Shown: one piece after another, positions 38,014 to 51,506 of the stretch
Position numbering within the stretch: the stretch's first letter is position 1
Layout of the letters: each line of letters opens with the position of its first letter
Source: Heterodontus francisci
Lineage: Eukaryota
DNA: 64,000 bases
NCBI RefSeq assembly: GCF_036365525.1
Contig: NC_090384.1
Coordinates: 40,631,883-40,695,882, forward strand
Reading direction: 5' to 3'
Made by a program: the position numbers and the translations under genes
The notes under the pieces: model-generated
Told to the model about the DNA's origin: nothing
Database searches by the model: none
Seen by the model: only the letters and a program-made list of their open reading frames with translations

Positions 38014-38549
38014 GAGACAACAGGAACAGCATTAGCCAGGGAATCCTAGTCAGTGCCAGGAGACCTGCAGGACTACTGATCGGGGAGATTTGTCAATTAT
38101 TTCAAAGTTCTAACAGACCAGCTCAAAATATTTCCTTTTGACTATGATGCCTCTGTGGTATATTATTAAGACAGGTACCCCATATTCCCTTATTCTGCTG
38201 TAAACTGGTCTGTGTAGAAATCACTATTTATACATGGAGTTCTCCTCTGATAGTACAGCAGAGATTAGAATCTCACCCCATGGAACACAGCATGTGGTCA
38301 ATCTTTACCTTCACCATAAGGGTAATAATCTGGCAGAATGGGCCACTCTTTCATTATAGGATCCATCCAATTTCCATTCCATTTTAAAACATCAGATATA
38401 TTCTATAATGGATGTGTGATCAACTACACCAGATTACTACCCATGTGATAGTGAATATTGAGCCTATTGTCCCTCCACAATAATCATTGCTGAACACTCA
38501 AGGGCACTGGGCATTGCCCCTCCACTACAAGAGGATAAACCTCAAAAGC

Positions 38550-38875
38550 ATTATCAAATGTACAAACATCAACAAGGACAATAGGATTAAGATAAATAAC
38601 AAAAATAACACGTGCATCAGCAAAATAAAGATCATTAATCTTTAATTGATGTTTCGATAACAAAGTGTTATCAAGAATACCATCAGCAACACTAAGGACA
38701 CCAACATCGACATCAATATCAAGCACATCATCACAAATAGCAACATCAAGAACACCAACAAGAACATTATCAGTAACAAGAACAGCATCATCATCATCAA
38801 CAGGAGCACCACCACCAACAAGAGCATCATCAACAATAACATTAACAAATCATCTTGAACACTATCAGCAACACA
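38550..38875. repeat. (AAC/ATC/AGC)n low-complexity tract
   Basis: Imperfect trinucleotide runs; explains the spurious Leu/Met- and Ser/Thr-rich ORFs here. Confidence 0.8.
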
Positions 38876-39139
38876 AAGGGCAGAATTTTTCCTGTCCTGT
38901 GAAGGCGGCTTTGGAGGCAGGGGGAGCCGGAAAATTTAGAACAAAAAGTGCAGGCTGGCTCCCCAACGTCTTTCCGCCTCTTTGTGCATTTCCCAGAGGC
39001 GGGAGCACAGCGGTAATAGCAACATGCCTGGCAGCGGCGAGCAAGTAGTTAACACAATTATTGATATAATTAGCGGGTATCTCTCGAATGGACTGCAATT
39101 TTGCTGAAGCCATATGGGAGCCCCGCTTCGTCTGCAGCT

Positions 39140-39725
39140 CACCTACACACAGGTCTCCTAGACAAGTGGAAACATCTCTATGTTTACTCCATTAAACTCT
39201 CCCATAATCTTAATGACCTCTATCAGGTCAGTCCTCAGTCTTCTCTGTTCTAGAGATAAGAGCCCCAGCCTGTTCAATTTTTCCTGATAAGTATATCTCA
39301 GTTCTGGTATTGTTTCAATGAATTTTTTTGCACCCTTCTGCAATGCCTCTATCCCATTTTTATAACATGGAGATCTGAACGCTTTACAGTGCTCCAAATG
39401 TCATCTAACCAAGATTAACATACCTTCTCTGCTTTTCAATTCTATCCCTCCAGAAATGAACCTCACCGCTTTGCTTTTTAAGTGGACTTATTAAACTGCA
39501 TCACTACTTTTATTGATTTGTGTATCTGTACTCTCAGATCCCTCTGTTCCTCAACCCCACTTATACATTTATTTTCCAAGGAGTATGTGGCCTCCTTAAT
39601 CTTCCTACCAAAATGTGCCACTTTGCCATTATGTATATTTCAGTTAATTTGCCAATTGCATGCACATTTTGTCGGTTTATGAAGGTCTTCCTGTTTTTTG
39701 TCACTGTCTCCTCCATATTAACTGC
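39140..39725 (-). mobile_element. Old CR1 fragment
   Basis: LNRLGLLSLEQRRLRTDLIEVIKIM. Confidence 0.8.
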
Positions 39726-40451
39726 ACCCCCAGGAGGTTGATGGATGTAGGTGCTGTCATGTCCAGTATTCTGCTGCTTTGCAGAACTGAACATTGGATA
39801 GGGGAATGATCAACACTATTGCAGAGTCATTCCCCTGTGGAACTGCCTGATTCCTTCCTTCATTCCCATGCCCCTAGCTTTTCCCTTAAGATTACTGCCC
39901 ATCTGTTTTTTTGATTCGCTGTATGAAAATTTCCAAGATGTAAGTCTGCACTGTCAGTTGGTGCCTTGCCCAGCAGCAATGTGCATGCTACCCACATATG
40001 GCCTAATTTTCAATATCTGACAAGAATGGTATACAGTCTCTCCCTCTCATTCACTGTTATCGACCACTGAACAATGGATTAGAGTGGTGCATTGCTTCTC
40101 CCTCTCATTTCCCTCTCGATAAGTGATACTGGAATCTGGATGTGTGTGAAAGAAGGTGTCTTGCTGATAACCACCACTCTCCTGCAGGAAGGGTCTCACC
40201 TCCCATCAGTGCCTCTCTGTCTTCTGCTGGTGATGTTTTCTGAGACCAGCACCTAACCTTGTTGGGACTGACCCCAACCACAAATGGCAGAATCTGCTTG
40301 CAAGTGGAATGTGCTGCATCACTGGTCAAAATCGTAGTAGACTTAGATGCAAACAAAGATTGTTTTGCCACCACTTCAGTCCATTTGGATAGCTCAAGAC
40401 TGATACAATCAAAACACAAACACAGCTCACCATCATATAAACAGTACTTAC

Positions 40452-40573
40452 GTTGAAACGGTTTGACTCACAGTCCTGTGCTAAAAGATAGGCACAGGTT
40501 CCATTGAAGTCATAGACGAGCCCATCAAAGGTCACGTAGTGCGACTGTCCAAACACGGTGCAGGAAGCGCCCT
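40452..40573 (-). CDS. VWCE: Exon, VWD start: (K)[40 protein letters not shown]
   Basis: 122 nt, phase 1-0, cctgcag acceptor, gtaagt donor; HY-x-TFDG...F-x-G-x-C-x-Y-x-LA motif. Confidence 0.95.
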
Positions 40574-42427
40574 CTGCAGGAAGGCAGCAATACAGTGAGC
40601 AATTCAAGAACATATTTATAAATACACTATCCTCAGGGCACAACAGATTATTTTACACCCAATGAATTACTGTTTTGAAGTACAGTCACAGTGGTTGTAT
40701 AGGAAAATGAGATTTTAAAAAAGACCAGTTAATTTGTTTGCAGTGTTGTTTGAGGAATTTTGGCCAGGACATTGGAGTCATGGCATTTGTTTTTTACATC
40801 CACCGAACTGGATATCAGTTTAACATCTCATCTGAAAGACAGCACCTCGAAGAGTGCAACCTTCCTTCAGTACTACACTGAAATGTCCATCTTGATTATG
40901 TGCTCAAGTCCTGGAATGAGGATTCAACCCTCAGTCTTCTGACTCAGCTGAAAGTACTGCCACTGAGCAAAGATGATACTTTCAGGCTAATTTTATGAAT
41001 GCCACTGCTGGCTGGAAGCCCCAGCCTCTGAGAGCACATATGCAGAAATCATGGACATGTTCTCTACAGTTTTCCATCCATGACAGCGGAATGTATGTCT
41101 GGCAAGTTGGCTTCTCATGGTATTGGAACAGTCGTAAAATCATACCGATTATATACCAATCTCTCCTGAAGATGTCACCCTTTGGTGATATCTGGAGCAT
41201 CAGCAACGCTTGACAAGTGACCATACTCCATATGGGAGCCCAAGTAGTGGCTGTGGGTAGGATATTCAACCATGGGAAGATCTGACCCGAACCCAATCCT
41301 GACTTTATCTGATGTTCACAGGGACACTTTCCAGCAGGGGTCACTGGACAGTGATCAACAGCAGGAACCCCTGTCATTTTGCCCTTTCCTGGATCAGTGA
41401 TGCAGAGGTGGACATTGAGCTCTTGAACTGATGGCTCTATTTCAGCACAGAAGAGGAACCTGCGATCTTCTCCGTACCACAGTGGATGAGTGTTTACTTT
41501 ATGGAGTCATGAATGAAATATTTGTTAGAAAGACACAGCTGTCATTATATGAGGCAGCCCCAGCCAGTCATTTCTCAGTGTCTGTTCTTTGTAAATAAAT
41601 TTTCTTTTAATTTGAAAGGTGTACAGAACACTCTCCTGCTATTCTCTGGAAATGCCAATCAATGAGTAGGATATTAGAACAGGTTAGGACAGCTTTCTCC
41701 TTGCCCTCACTAGCTTCGCAAGGGACACACAACTGTCTTCATCCAAAGGACAACCGATATGTCTTGAAGGTGGACCGGACAAACACCAGAGTCTGCATTG
41801 CCAAGCACCAGATACATGCACATTAACAAGACCAGGCCCATACCCGAACAAGCAAGGCCTGTTTACCAACAGATTTAGTCCAGTACCTCAAGAGAACTAA
41901 AATGACACTCAAATAAAACCAGGAAAACAACCCAACAGAACTGGGCCCACTCCCCAACATAGCCAGGCCCACACCCCAGCACAGCTGGGTCCACACCCCA
42001 ATGGAACTGTTCCATTGCTCCAACAGAACCAGAACCCTCATCCCAACAAAAGCAGACGACCGCATATGAAAGCAGACCAGAACACAAAAAGAAGCAAACT
42101 CATATCGCTACAGAACTAACCTACGACCCCAACAAGAACCAGATGCTACATCCCAACAGAACGAGAACAGCACACCAAAGGAATTAGATTATCACCTCAT
42201 CAGGACCAGACCAGCATTCTACTGAACCACTCGAACACCATAAATAGCCAGAGTGGCAACCATTGGAAGCAGACCAGCATCCCTTCAGAACCACAGCAGA
42301 ACCTCATCAGCAGCAGACACACTCCAGCAACACCTGAGTACAATGATAACAGTGCCCATTTAAAAGCTCCTTTCTTAAAACTTCAAAGTTTGGAAGGATC
42401 AGTTTGATGTATTTCATGCTGACTTAC

Positions 42428-42593
42428 TTGGATTCGCTCTTGGCACACAGCTCATGCAGCACTCTCCATCAAGCTGGGACAAGATGTGCTGTGCCGGACA
42501 GGAAATGGGATTAGAGCAGGGTTTGGGTTGACACTCCACCGTTCCATTGTTACAATGACAGAGATCACAGCCAACCAGCCACCGGGTCTGAGC
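42428..42593 (-). CDS. VWCE: Exon, last VWC: AQTRWLVGCDLCHCNNGTVECQPKPCSNPISCPAQHILSQLDGECCMSCVPRANP
   Basis: 166 nt, phase 0-1, tggtag acceptor, gtaagt donor; CxxCxC...CCxxC. Confidence 0.92.
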
Positions 42594-43625
42594 CTACCAC
42601 AAACAAAGCAGAGACAGAGTGCATCACTGAACAGCAGCACCGACAGTCTTATCAACCCAGCAGTAGCTCAGCACCAAGGGCCCAGCAAACAGCAGCTGGA
42701 AGACCCAAGGACCATGGACCTCAGACATAGCAGCTCACATACCTAAGTTCCATGGGCCTTACAAACAGGGATTCATACACCCAAGGCAGCGGATCCTCCA
42801 AACTAATCGCTTATAAACCCAATCAAGGGGTCCCTCTAACAGAATGTCTTGTACCATAGCAGGGTGCTGGTTTTAACAGCCTAGCTCAGAACTGTTTATT
42901 TATATTGATTGTATATATTTTTCTGCTAATTTTCCCTTTGAATATTTTCACTTCTATGGAAGGCACTGACTCTCATTGTGCTATGAATCCACAGGCACCA
43001 TGCATCTTGTACTCTGCATCTAACCCATACTGAACCTGACCTGGGAGTGCTTGATGGGCAGTGCAGAGGGAGCTTTACTTTATACCTGACCTGAACTGTA
43101 GGTGACTGGGGAATAATTGGTCCCAGATGGATGACCACTGCTGAACCAGAAGAAGCCACTGGGCAGTTAAATTGCAAAACGTGACCTAGAATCCTGGTCA
43201 GCCGCCGAAGTTTATGCAAGACTGTGAGAGGCAGATGGAATGGCAGGAAAGGATGCCACTGCAAGGCCCTCTCCCACCACTGGGGGAACCCAGGATGATC
43301 ACCATCACTTTCCAGGGGCCACTTCCATCTTTCCCATGGTGACAGATCAGCCATGATCTAACTGAATGTGGAACAAGCTTGAGGGGCTGAATGGCCTACT
43401 CCTATGTTAATATGACAGGAGAGAGTTCTCACCAGGCAGCCGGATATTGCTGCTTTCCACCACCCGGAATTGAGCCTTACCTCCAGCATTTGTTGTCATT
43501 CTCTATTGTGACTGTGAAGGGAATAGCGGCCATTGTATTGCAACGAATGGTAAACATAATGAACAAAGGAGACATTTTTGGAAATTATTTTCTCACATCT
43601 CTTGGGAAAGGTCAGCTATCCTCAC

Positions 43626-43766
43626 CTGATGTACTTGATCCTGGTGCACACAGAGTGAATCAACACACACTGGGCAGCATTGGCCCTCTGGGGTCTCCTG
43701 CTGCATTAAGCTGCACAGCAGGGCCGGGCACTGCTCCTTCTGTGACCTGCACATAACTCTCCCTTC
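43626..43766 (-). CDS. VWCE: Exon, VWC: EGRVMCRSQKEQCPALLCSLMQQETPEGQCCPVCVDSLCVHQDQVHQ
   Basis: 141 nt, phase 0-0, tttgcag acceptor, gtgagg donor. Confidence 0.92.
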
Positions 43767-44924
43767 CTGCAAATATAAAATATAACAATAGTTGCAGCAA
43801 AAATCTTTCGTATCAGACTTTAAAATTTATAGCTCAAAGTACTCAGCCTATACAACCTGCAAAATGATCACAGTCCGAAAGGCATTAATAGCATTGCTGC
43901 AGTGCCTGCTTCCTGCCATTAGATGGGAGTGTAACATTAGAAACTCCACCATCCACCAGTGCAGTATCTCTAACCGCTTGTGACCACTGACTCAAGTTCC
44001 ATTGATGATAAGCGTATCCAGTGTATCTGCTTTTGTTTCAGATTTCCAGCATTGGCCGTATTTGCGGTTTGTTTGCCGATCCCTAATTCTCAGCTGACTT
44101 ACTGTATTTACCTGAAGTCCTTACTCCACGTCTTCGTCACTTCCTGACTGGAATATTTGATACTCTTTGTTCTGGCCCCTCATCCTGTACTTTCCACAAC
44201 CATCTGTTCATCCAAAGCTCTGCTGCATGTATGCTATCCCACACCAAATCCCACTCACCCTTCCTTGATGACCTACATTGGCTCTCAGTCCTCCAAATCC
44301 TCATATTTTATACGTTAAAGCTTGTCTTGAAGTCCTTCTCTGCCTTGCCCCTCTTCATACCTCTGTAACCTCTACCTGTCCTATAACTGTCCCTCCCCTA
44401 TCCCCACTCTGAACCCTCCGTTCGTCTAATTGGCCTCTTATGTATTGTTACGAACATCTGGTTCATGGTTTGTATTAATATTTTAGATGCCACTTATAGT
44501 TTTGGGGAATTAAATGTGCTGTAAGAATTTCCAAAGGTTGCAGACCACCCAAGATTTAAAGTTCAAAGATGTCTCCATGAGTGCTTACAGAGACAGAGTT
44601 ACAGAGGCGAGAGCCAGAAACTGGCAGGTGAGCTTGTTTAGTTGAAAATTGGAGCCAGCAGGTCTGGAAGAGATTGTTCTGTCATTGTTAGCAATATTAA
44701 TTATTCATGTGGGCATCAGGAATTAGAGATGTTTTGAGAGTTGGAGGTAATTAGCTTAAATTGCGATCTGGGACATCCCATATGTACCTAATTGCTTTGG
44801 TGATAGATGATGCAGGGGGTGCCTGTTGGTGTTTTTTGGTCTGTGTGCTTGCTGACAGACAGGCAATTGGGTTTTTGCAAACTGTTGGCTTCAGATATGC
44901 TGTTGGTCACAAAGAAACCAGTTT

Positions 44925-46122
44925 TGTTTTTCATTCATTCATGGGATGTGGGCGTCACTGGCTAGGCCAGCATTTATTGCCCATCCCTAATTGCCCTCGA
45001 GAAGATGCTGGCCTTCTTGAACCGCTGCAGTCCGTGTGGTGTAGGTACACTCACAGTGCTGTTAGGGAGTTCCAGGATTTTGACCCAGTGACAGTGAAGG
45101 AATGGCGATATACTTCTCAGTCAGGATGGTGTGTGGCTTGGAGGGGAACTTGCAGGTGGTGGTGTTCCCATGCATCTGCTTCTCTTATCCTTCTAGGTGC
45201 TAGAGGTCCCGCGTTTGGAAGGTTCTGTCAAAGGAGTCTTGGTAAGTTGCCGCAGTCCATCTTGCAGATGGTACACACTGTTGCCACTGTGCGCGATGGT
45301 GGACAGAGTGAATGTTGAAGGTGGTGGATGGGGTGCCAATCAAGTGGGCTGCTTGGTCCTGGATGGTGTCGAACTTCTTGAGTGTTGCAGCTGCACCCAT
45401 CAAGGCAAGTGGAGAGTATTCCATCACACTCCTGACTTGTGCCTTGCAGATGGTGGACAGGTTTTGGGGAGTCAGGAGGTGAGTTACTCGCCACAGGATT
45501 CCTAGCCTCTGACCTGCTCTTGTATTTATAGGGCCATTCAGTTCAGTTTCTGGTCAATGGTAACCCCCAGCATGTTGATAGTGAGGGATTCAGTGATCGT
45601 AGTACCATTGAATGTCAAGGGGAAATGGTTAGTTTCTCTCTTGTTTGAAATAGTCGTTGCTCGGCACTTGTGTGGCGCGAATGTTACTTGTCACTTATCA
45701 GCCCAAGCCTGGATATTGTCCAGGTCTTCCTGCATTTATACACAGACTGCTTCAGTATCTGAGGAATCGTGAATGGTGCTGAACATTGTGCAATCATCAG
45801 CGAACATCCCCACTTCTGGCCTAATGATAGAGGGAAGATCATTGATGAAGCAGTTGAAGATAGTTGGGCCTAGGACACTATCCTGAGGAACTCGTGTAGT
45901 GAAGTCCTGGAGCCGAGATGATTGACCTCCAACAATCACAACCATCTTCCCTTGTGCTAGGTATAACTCCAACCAGCGGAGAGGTTTTCCCCCAATTCCT
46001 ATTGACTCCAGTTTTGCTAGGGCTCCTTGATGCCATACTCGGTCAAATGCTGCCTTGTTGTCAAAGGCAGTCACTCTCACCTCACTTCTTGAGTTCAGCT
46101 CTTTTGTCCATGTTTGAACCAA
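44925..46122 (-). mobile_element. CR1-group LINE (family B), 5'-truncated
   Basis: KAAFDRVWHQG, VLGPTIFNCFINDLP, GMFADDC. Confidence 0.9.
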
Positions 46123-46479
46123 GGCTTTTGGAAAGCTGTTGGCTTTGAAAGCAGCTGGGTTTATCAGCAAAGAGGCCATCAGAAACCAGGGGTGCTTCTG
46201 TTTTGAGGCAGGCCTGTGCTCAAGCTGGGAAGTCCAGATTCAGGAGGTGTTGGAAGAGAGCTGGAGGATTTGCCTAGCTGAAACTAGGGGGAATATCTCC
46301 AGGAGATCTCATTCCTCTGAAGATAGCTGAGAAATTAAGGAAATCAAAGTGAATTTCTCAGAGCTGTGGTACATTTTGGATTAATCCCAAGAGAAATAAA
46401 CAAACTGACAAGTTCCTGTAATGTATAGGGGAACTCTTGAGGTGGAAGTAACAGTCAAACAGAGATTTAGAGTTTAAAG

Positions 46480-47175
46480 CAGTGTTGTCCAACATTTTCA
46501 CATGGGGGCCACATTATAATTTTTGTCTTACATGGGGTCAGGTGGGGGGGGGGGGGTGCTGTGAGAAAATTTCAAGAAGATAAAGGCATTAAAATGTATC
46601 TTATTAATCAAAACAATAAAGTGCACTTTTGTGAAGAAGCTTTAAATGAGAAGAATAATTTATTGACTTACTTTCTGGTCACTATGTTGGACACTGATTT
46701 AGTGAAATACCTGGCATTTTTTTTGCTTGCACATGTAGTCAATGTTTGCCTGCATACTTGTTGTAGTGATGCAGAATATTCTGGATAGAAGTCATTCAGT
46801 TAATCATTCACAGTCTCTCTCGCTGCCCTCTCCTCTCTCTATCTATCCCCCTCTCTCACTCGCTGTTTCCCCTCGCTCTCTCTCTCTCTCTCTGACAATT
46901 GCAGAGAGTGGGAATGCTCAGCAGATGGTTGATCAGTTTTAATAAAAATCTCAATTCAGTTTCACAGTTGACAGACCCTGACATTGAAGTTCAGAAACTG
47001 CTGTTCCCAGACAGATTCAAAGTTTTCTGGTGGGCTTTTTAAAAAAGCCGATCTGACAATGGGAAATTTCGAATCTCCAGTTATGGACTCCTGGCGGAGT
47101 TGAGGAATGGCCCTGGGTACAGTTTATGTCCGCGGGCCGGATCCTGGCCTGTGGGCTGTATATTGGACAACCCTG
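46480..47175. mobile_element. hAT (Charlie-like) non-autonomous element
   Basis: TIRs cagtgttgtccaa / ttggacaaccctg; perfect 8-bp TSD gtttaaag (46472-46479, 47176-47183). Confidence 0.9.
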
Positions 47176-50100
47176 GTTTAAAGTATTCGCCTTCATGTTC
47201 TGTTAAGATTTTAAATTTAAAAGGTGTGTTTCCAAATTGTAGTGTTGTTAGTAGTGTTTTGCTTTAACTCTTGTGCAGTCAAGTTTTTTGTTTAAAATGT
47301 GAAATCTTGTGGCATAATTCTTTCCGTAATAACTGGGAATTCGACTTTCTCTTTTTAAAAGTTAATGGTCCCCAATGGGATTCTAACAGTATCCCCCATT
47401 CCCTGTGCTTTCCCATTAGTAGCCACGCCTTCAACTGTCTCGGTCCCACACTCTGGAATTCCCTTCCTAAATTTCACTTCATATCCATCTCCTCCTTTAA
47501 CGCCCTCCTTAAAGCTTACCCTTTGGCCAAACATTTGGTCATCGCGCTCAATCACCCCATAGAGTCATAGAATTATACAGCACAGAAACAGGCCCTTTGG
47601 CTCACTGTGTCCGCGCCGGCCATCAAGCCCATCTCTTCTAATACCATTTTCCAGCACTTGGCCTGTAGCCTTGTATGCTATAGTGTTTCAAGTGCACATC
47701 TAAATACATCTTAAATGTTAGAATCATAGCGTTATACAGCACAGAAACAGGCCCTTCAGCCCATCAGCATCCATTTTTCCTCATACTGCTTTGAAGCGCC
47801 TTGGGATGTTCTTCTACATTATATGTGCTCTCTAAATGCAACTAGTTGTCATTGATGTGTTTGAAACAACATCCTGTTCTTTCCATCTACTAATTCACCT
47901 CTGTACAAAGTGTACAACATATCAACAAAAGTCCAACATAAATTATCCAACTAGTTTACAGGAGAGCAGTAGTCAAACCCCAGGCAAACCTGTACCTGAT
48001 GCGATTATATTGATTGATAAATGCACTGTCAAATGTGGCACTGAGCCATACAAGTTCTAGCTCTACTCCCAAGTCTGTGTTAAATTCTGTAGTTGTTAAC
48101 CATCCACAGTTTGTGTAGAATTAGCTCCCAGGACTCACTTGCACTGTTCACATACAGGCTGCGAAAGAAACTGATGGTGGCTGTCTGAAGTCAGCCTTAG
48201 GGTCCATGGGTTATTGTAAACTCGGAGTCGAACCCAACAGTATATCCCCCAGTCTCACTTTCACCCTGGACTCCCTCAAACTGATGTGACAGAAATACTA
48301 AAGACCCTGCATAGGAGGTCAGAGACTGATTTCAAGCCCTCCTGCTGCACTCCAGCTCTGATTTGAATTGGATATGTTTCCAGACCCGGTTCTGTCTGAA
48401 ACACATTAAAAAGAAAATGAACCCAATCAACAATGACGGCCCCAAAACCCACAATTCCCCCTGTTTCAGAATTTGCTCTATGTGTCATGCTGATTTGCCA
48501 GTGAGACTGCACACGGACATACCCAAGGCAGAATTGTATCCTGAGAAATCTCTACTCCTGACATTTGTTGAGAAAAACTGAAAGACAATGTACTTCCCAA
48601 CGCAATCTTGGAATCAGCTGTTAGTTTGCAGTAAGGCACTTTGCCTGGAGAGGGAGAGATGGTTTTAAAAATATTCCTCCTGGACGCACACTGATTCAGA
48701 GGCCTCTGGGTGTTTACGAAGCCTTTCTCCCCATCTTTCTTCCCATTGCTAACCTCTTCTATTTGCTTTGGAGTCTCTGCCAATGTTCTCTCTAAGTTGT
48801 GCGTGTGCCACTGTTGTGCAGCAATCATAATAGTACTACACAGGCTGCTCACAAGCTGTCCCCTTTTGTGCACAGCCACTGCAATAAATTAAAGGGGCCA
48901 TGCATTGGAGTAAACAAATCCAGCACAACAAAGAGAACTTAGAGGAATCATTGCAGTCCACCCAGCAGTTTCTCCACTGGCCTACACAGAGTATACAGAG
49001 TAATATACAAATGCTGCCCTGTGTGCGCAGACTGTTCTTGGTAAGATTGATCACTACTGAAAATTTGAACTGCATAGTTGTTGGCCAACTGCTTTTCATG
49101 TGGATGTCAACTTCTGTCGTCCCCATTCACAGGGTGCCAGGAAAAGAACTGATCTTGGGCCAGGTGATCTTCCCCCATGATACACTAAACACAGAAGAGG
49201 TTAGTTGTGGTAGATTATGGGACAACCTCTGCATTCCCAGTCCCCATGTAAAGAGAGAGTGCAGAAATTTGGGACAGTTGACAATTATATAATAAAAATT
49301 AATAAACCTTTAATAAACTGTGGAGTTTTATCCCAAAACACTAATAAAAATCCCAAAACCCAATGTAATATGAAGGAATTTGTTAATTTGCTTTGAAGCA
49401 GTGGCCTTGTTCAAAATCTTTTAATTTGGGCTGGTTATTATTGAATTGTCAGTTTTGTTTTGAAGCTTTATCATCAGCTTTTCTGAGTTTAGTAGGTTGG
49501 CATGTCCGGAGAGGTCCAATCTCACCAGAGACGGCACTTGTGTGGACATTGCTGAGGACAGAACTGAGATTGGCTATCATGGTCAAATAGTCCATCAACA
49601 GTTACTGATCAGGCTCACAAATGAAAAATGGACTGTTGGAAGAGGCACTGGAGAGCGAATGGTGAATGTACCCAAGAAAGAGTCAGCCAGCACCTTCAGA
49701 AGATGATGTGATAAAATTGGCCAAGAAGAAAATAAACACTTGAAGAACAGCACCCTGTTCTACTCCGATTCCCTGGAACTTGAGACTTTTACCTATTCTG
49801 CCTGGGAAGCATTTTGTTTTAATTTATAATTATGTTGCTACTGTAAGGTTCAGTTTACAAAAGGTTAAGACTCCTAGACAAATGGAGGCATGTTGGTTTA
49901 CAATAGGATGTGAATCATTAGATAATTTTCAGCCTGCCTTCCAAAAAGTGAGGAGAATTCACATGGCAACACATGTTAATCATAGTATCCAGCTCCATAT
50001 AGAGTCCACTGTTACAATCTTCGGCCACACCAAGCATCAGTGGGGGCAATGAGATCTGGTTACGGGAGTGGCCAGTAATGTTGAACTCAAGAGGGTATCA

Positions 50101-50466
50101 ACTGTAAATCCTTTTTCAGCAATCCCAAGAGATCAAGACCATTTCTATCTACCCATTGTACAAAATCATAATAGGCAAAAAGTCCCCTTCTCACTCACTC
50201 CAATTCTTTAGGATCCCATTTGCTCCCATTGCGCTAAACCTCAATGAAGTAAAATATGGAGCAGCAAAAAAAGCATATTAGCCACATTTGTTATGTTCAT
50301 GGGTGAGGAGGATTGATTACAGTCTACTCCAGGAATGAAGACATGAAAATCTCTCACTGTGTTGGTAATATTCCTTTAATTAAAAGTTGATGTTTTATCG
50401 GCTCTATGTTTGACTATTTCCAAAATCTGTTTCCCATCAGATGGGGGACACGCAATGTTCACTTAC

Positions 50467-50549
50467 CAAGCAGCGACATTGAAGACAGGGCTTATCGTGT
50501 GGAATGAATAGAGATCCATCAGTGTAGTTCACGCCATTAAATATACAGC
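50467..50549 (-). CDS. VWCE: Exon, VWC first half: (G)CIFNGVNYTDGSLFIPHDKPCLQCRCL
   Basis: 83 nt, phase 1-0, ttcatag acceptor, gtaagt donor. Confidence 0.92.
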
Positions 50550-51409
50550 CTATGAAGAATAAATGGGATGCAAGCATTTAATAACCCCCTAAAATGTTAC
50601 TGGAAGAATGATTGCATCTTGCCCCTGATTGAGTGAGAGTTGCAAAGGCAGAGCCATGGACAGAGCCCATGTTAACTCCAAGGATCTGTTCAAGTGGTCA
50701 GTTTTTTGGTACAATTTGGGTATTTGGTCAGGAACCAATGAGTAAATTGTTATTATCACTTGTTTTGTGACAACACGTTAATTAGTATGGCGTTGACAAT
50801 GAATTAGCAAAGCTTGGAATAACCATCAATCCTAGAATTTCTATTGACCGCTGTGCTCATGAAACCATTAATGACTACTTTCCAGCAAAGTACCCCCAAA
50901 AAACTTTTAAAATTCAACAAACAAAAACATTTTTTTGGAAGTCATAGGCTGCAAGCATTCTCAAACCTGTCTTAATGAAGTATTTTCCACCAGTAGGGCT
51001 TTTTTTTTTTAAAGGTACTCGGATAAGATCCTGGGAAGACTTGTTTGCAGTAGCAACATGTATCCTGTTGCTGGGGTATTGGCCATTATACATGTGGCTT
51101 CGTTACTCAGACATACCATATTAGTCTAGGTCATGGTTATGAAAAGATTGTCTTATCCATTGTTTACACAGTCTCCCTAGACAATGTTTCCTGCAGTTAC
51201 ATTGACTGGATCACAAGTTTCAACCTATTTACAAGAAGGTGCCATCCTCTCCTATCACAGTGATGCTTTCTCATTACTGCTGAAGCATGGATCATTGAGG
51301 TTCTACTGGCCCTAAGCCTTCACCTCAGTATGAGCAGATACTGAAATCACTCCCTACTTCTTGCAATCAAATGGAGCTGTCCAAAATGGTCTTGATTAAT
51401 GCCTCTTAC

Positions 51410-51506
51410 CTTGGCAGGGGGGGCAACACTGACCCTCCTCTTTTACTGGATTGGTACATTCCTCCTGGATCAAGCAGCTGATGAGACTGCAGCTGATCTC
51501 GGTGTC
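51410..51506 (-). CDS. VWCE: Exon, VWC second half: DTEISCSLISCLIQEECTNPVKEEGQCCPPCQ
   Basis: 97 nt, phase 0-1, tgtacag acceptor, gtaaga donor. Confidence 0.92.

Larger units (their letters stand above)
44446..47388. mobile_element. Solo LTR-like element (family D) with two nested insertions
   Basis: tgtta...taaca ends with a perfect 4-bp TSD gtat (44442-44445 / 47389-47392); the flanking L2-type tail rejoins across it. Confidence 0.75.

Noticed and set aside
38642-39048. Hydrophobic Leu/Met ORF and Ser/Thr-rich ORF
   Set aside because: Products of a trinucleotide low-complexity tract with no splice or start context.
49497-49560. EGF-like-looking peptide CPERSNLTRDGTCVDI on the plus strand
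   Set aside because: Opposite strand to the gene, only two Cys, no partner exons or donor found; likely chance.
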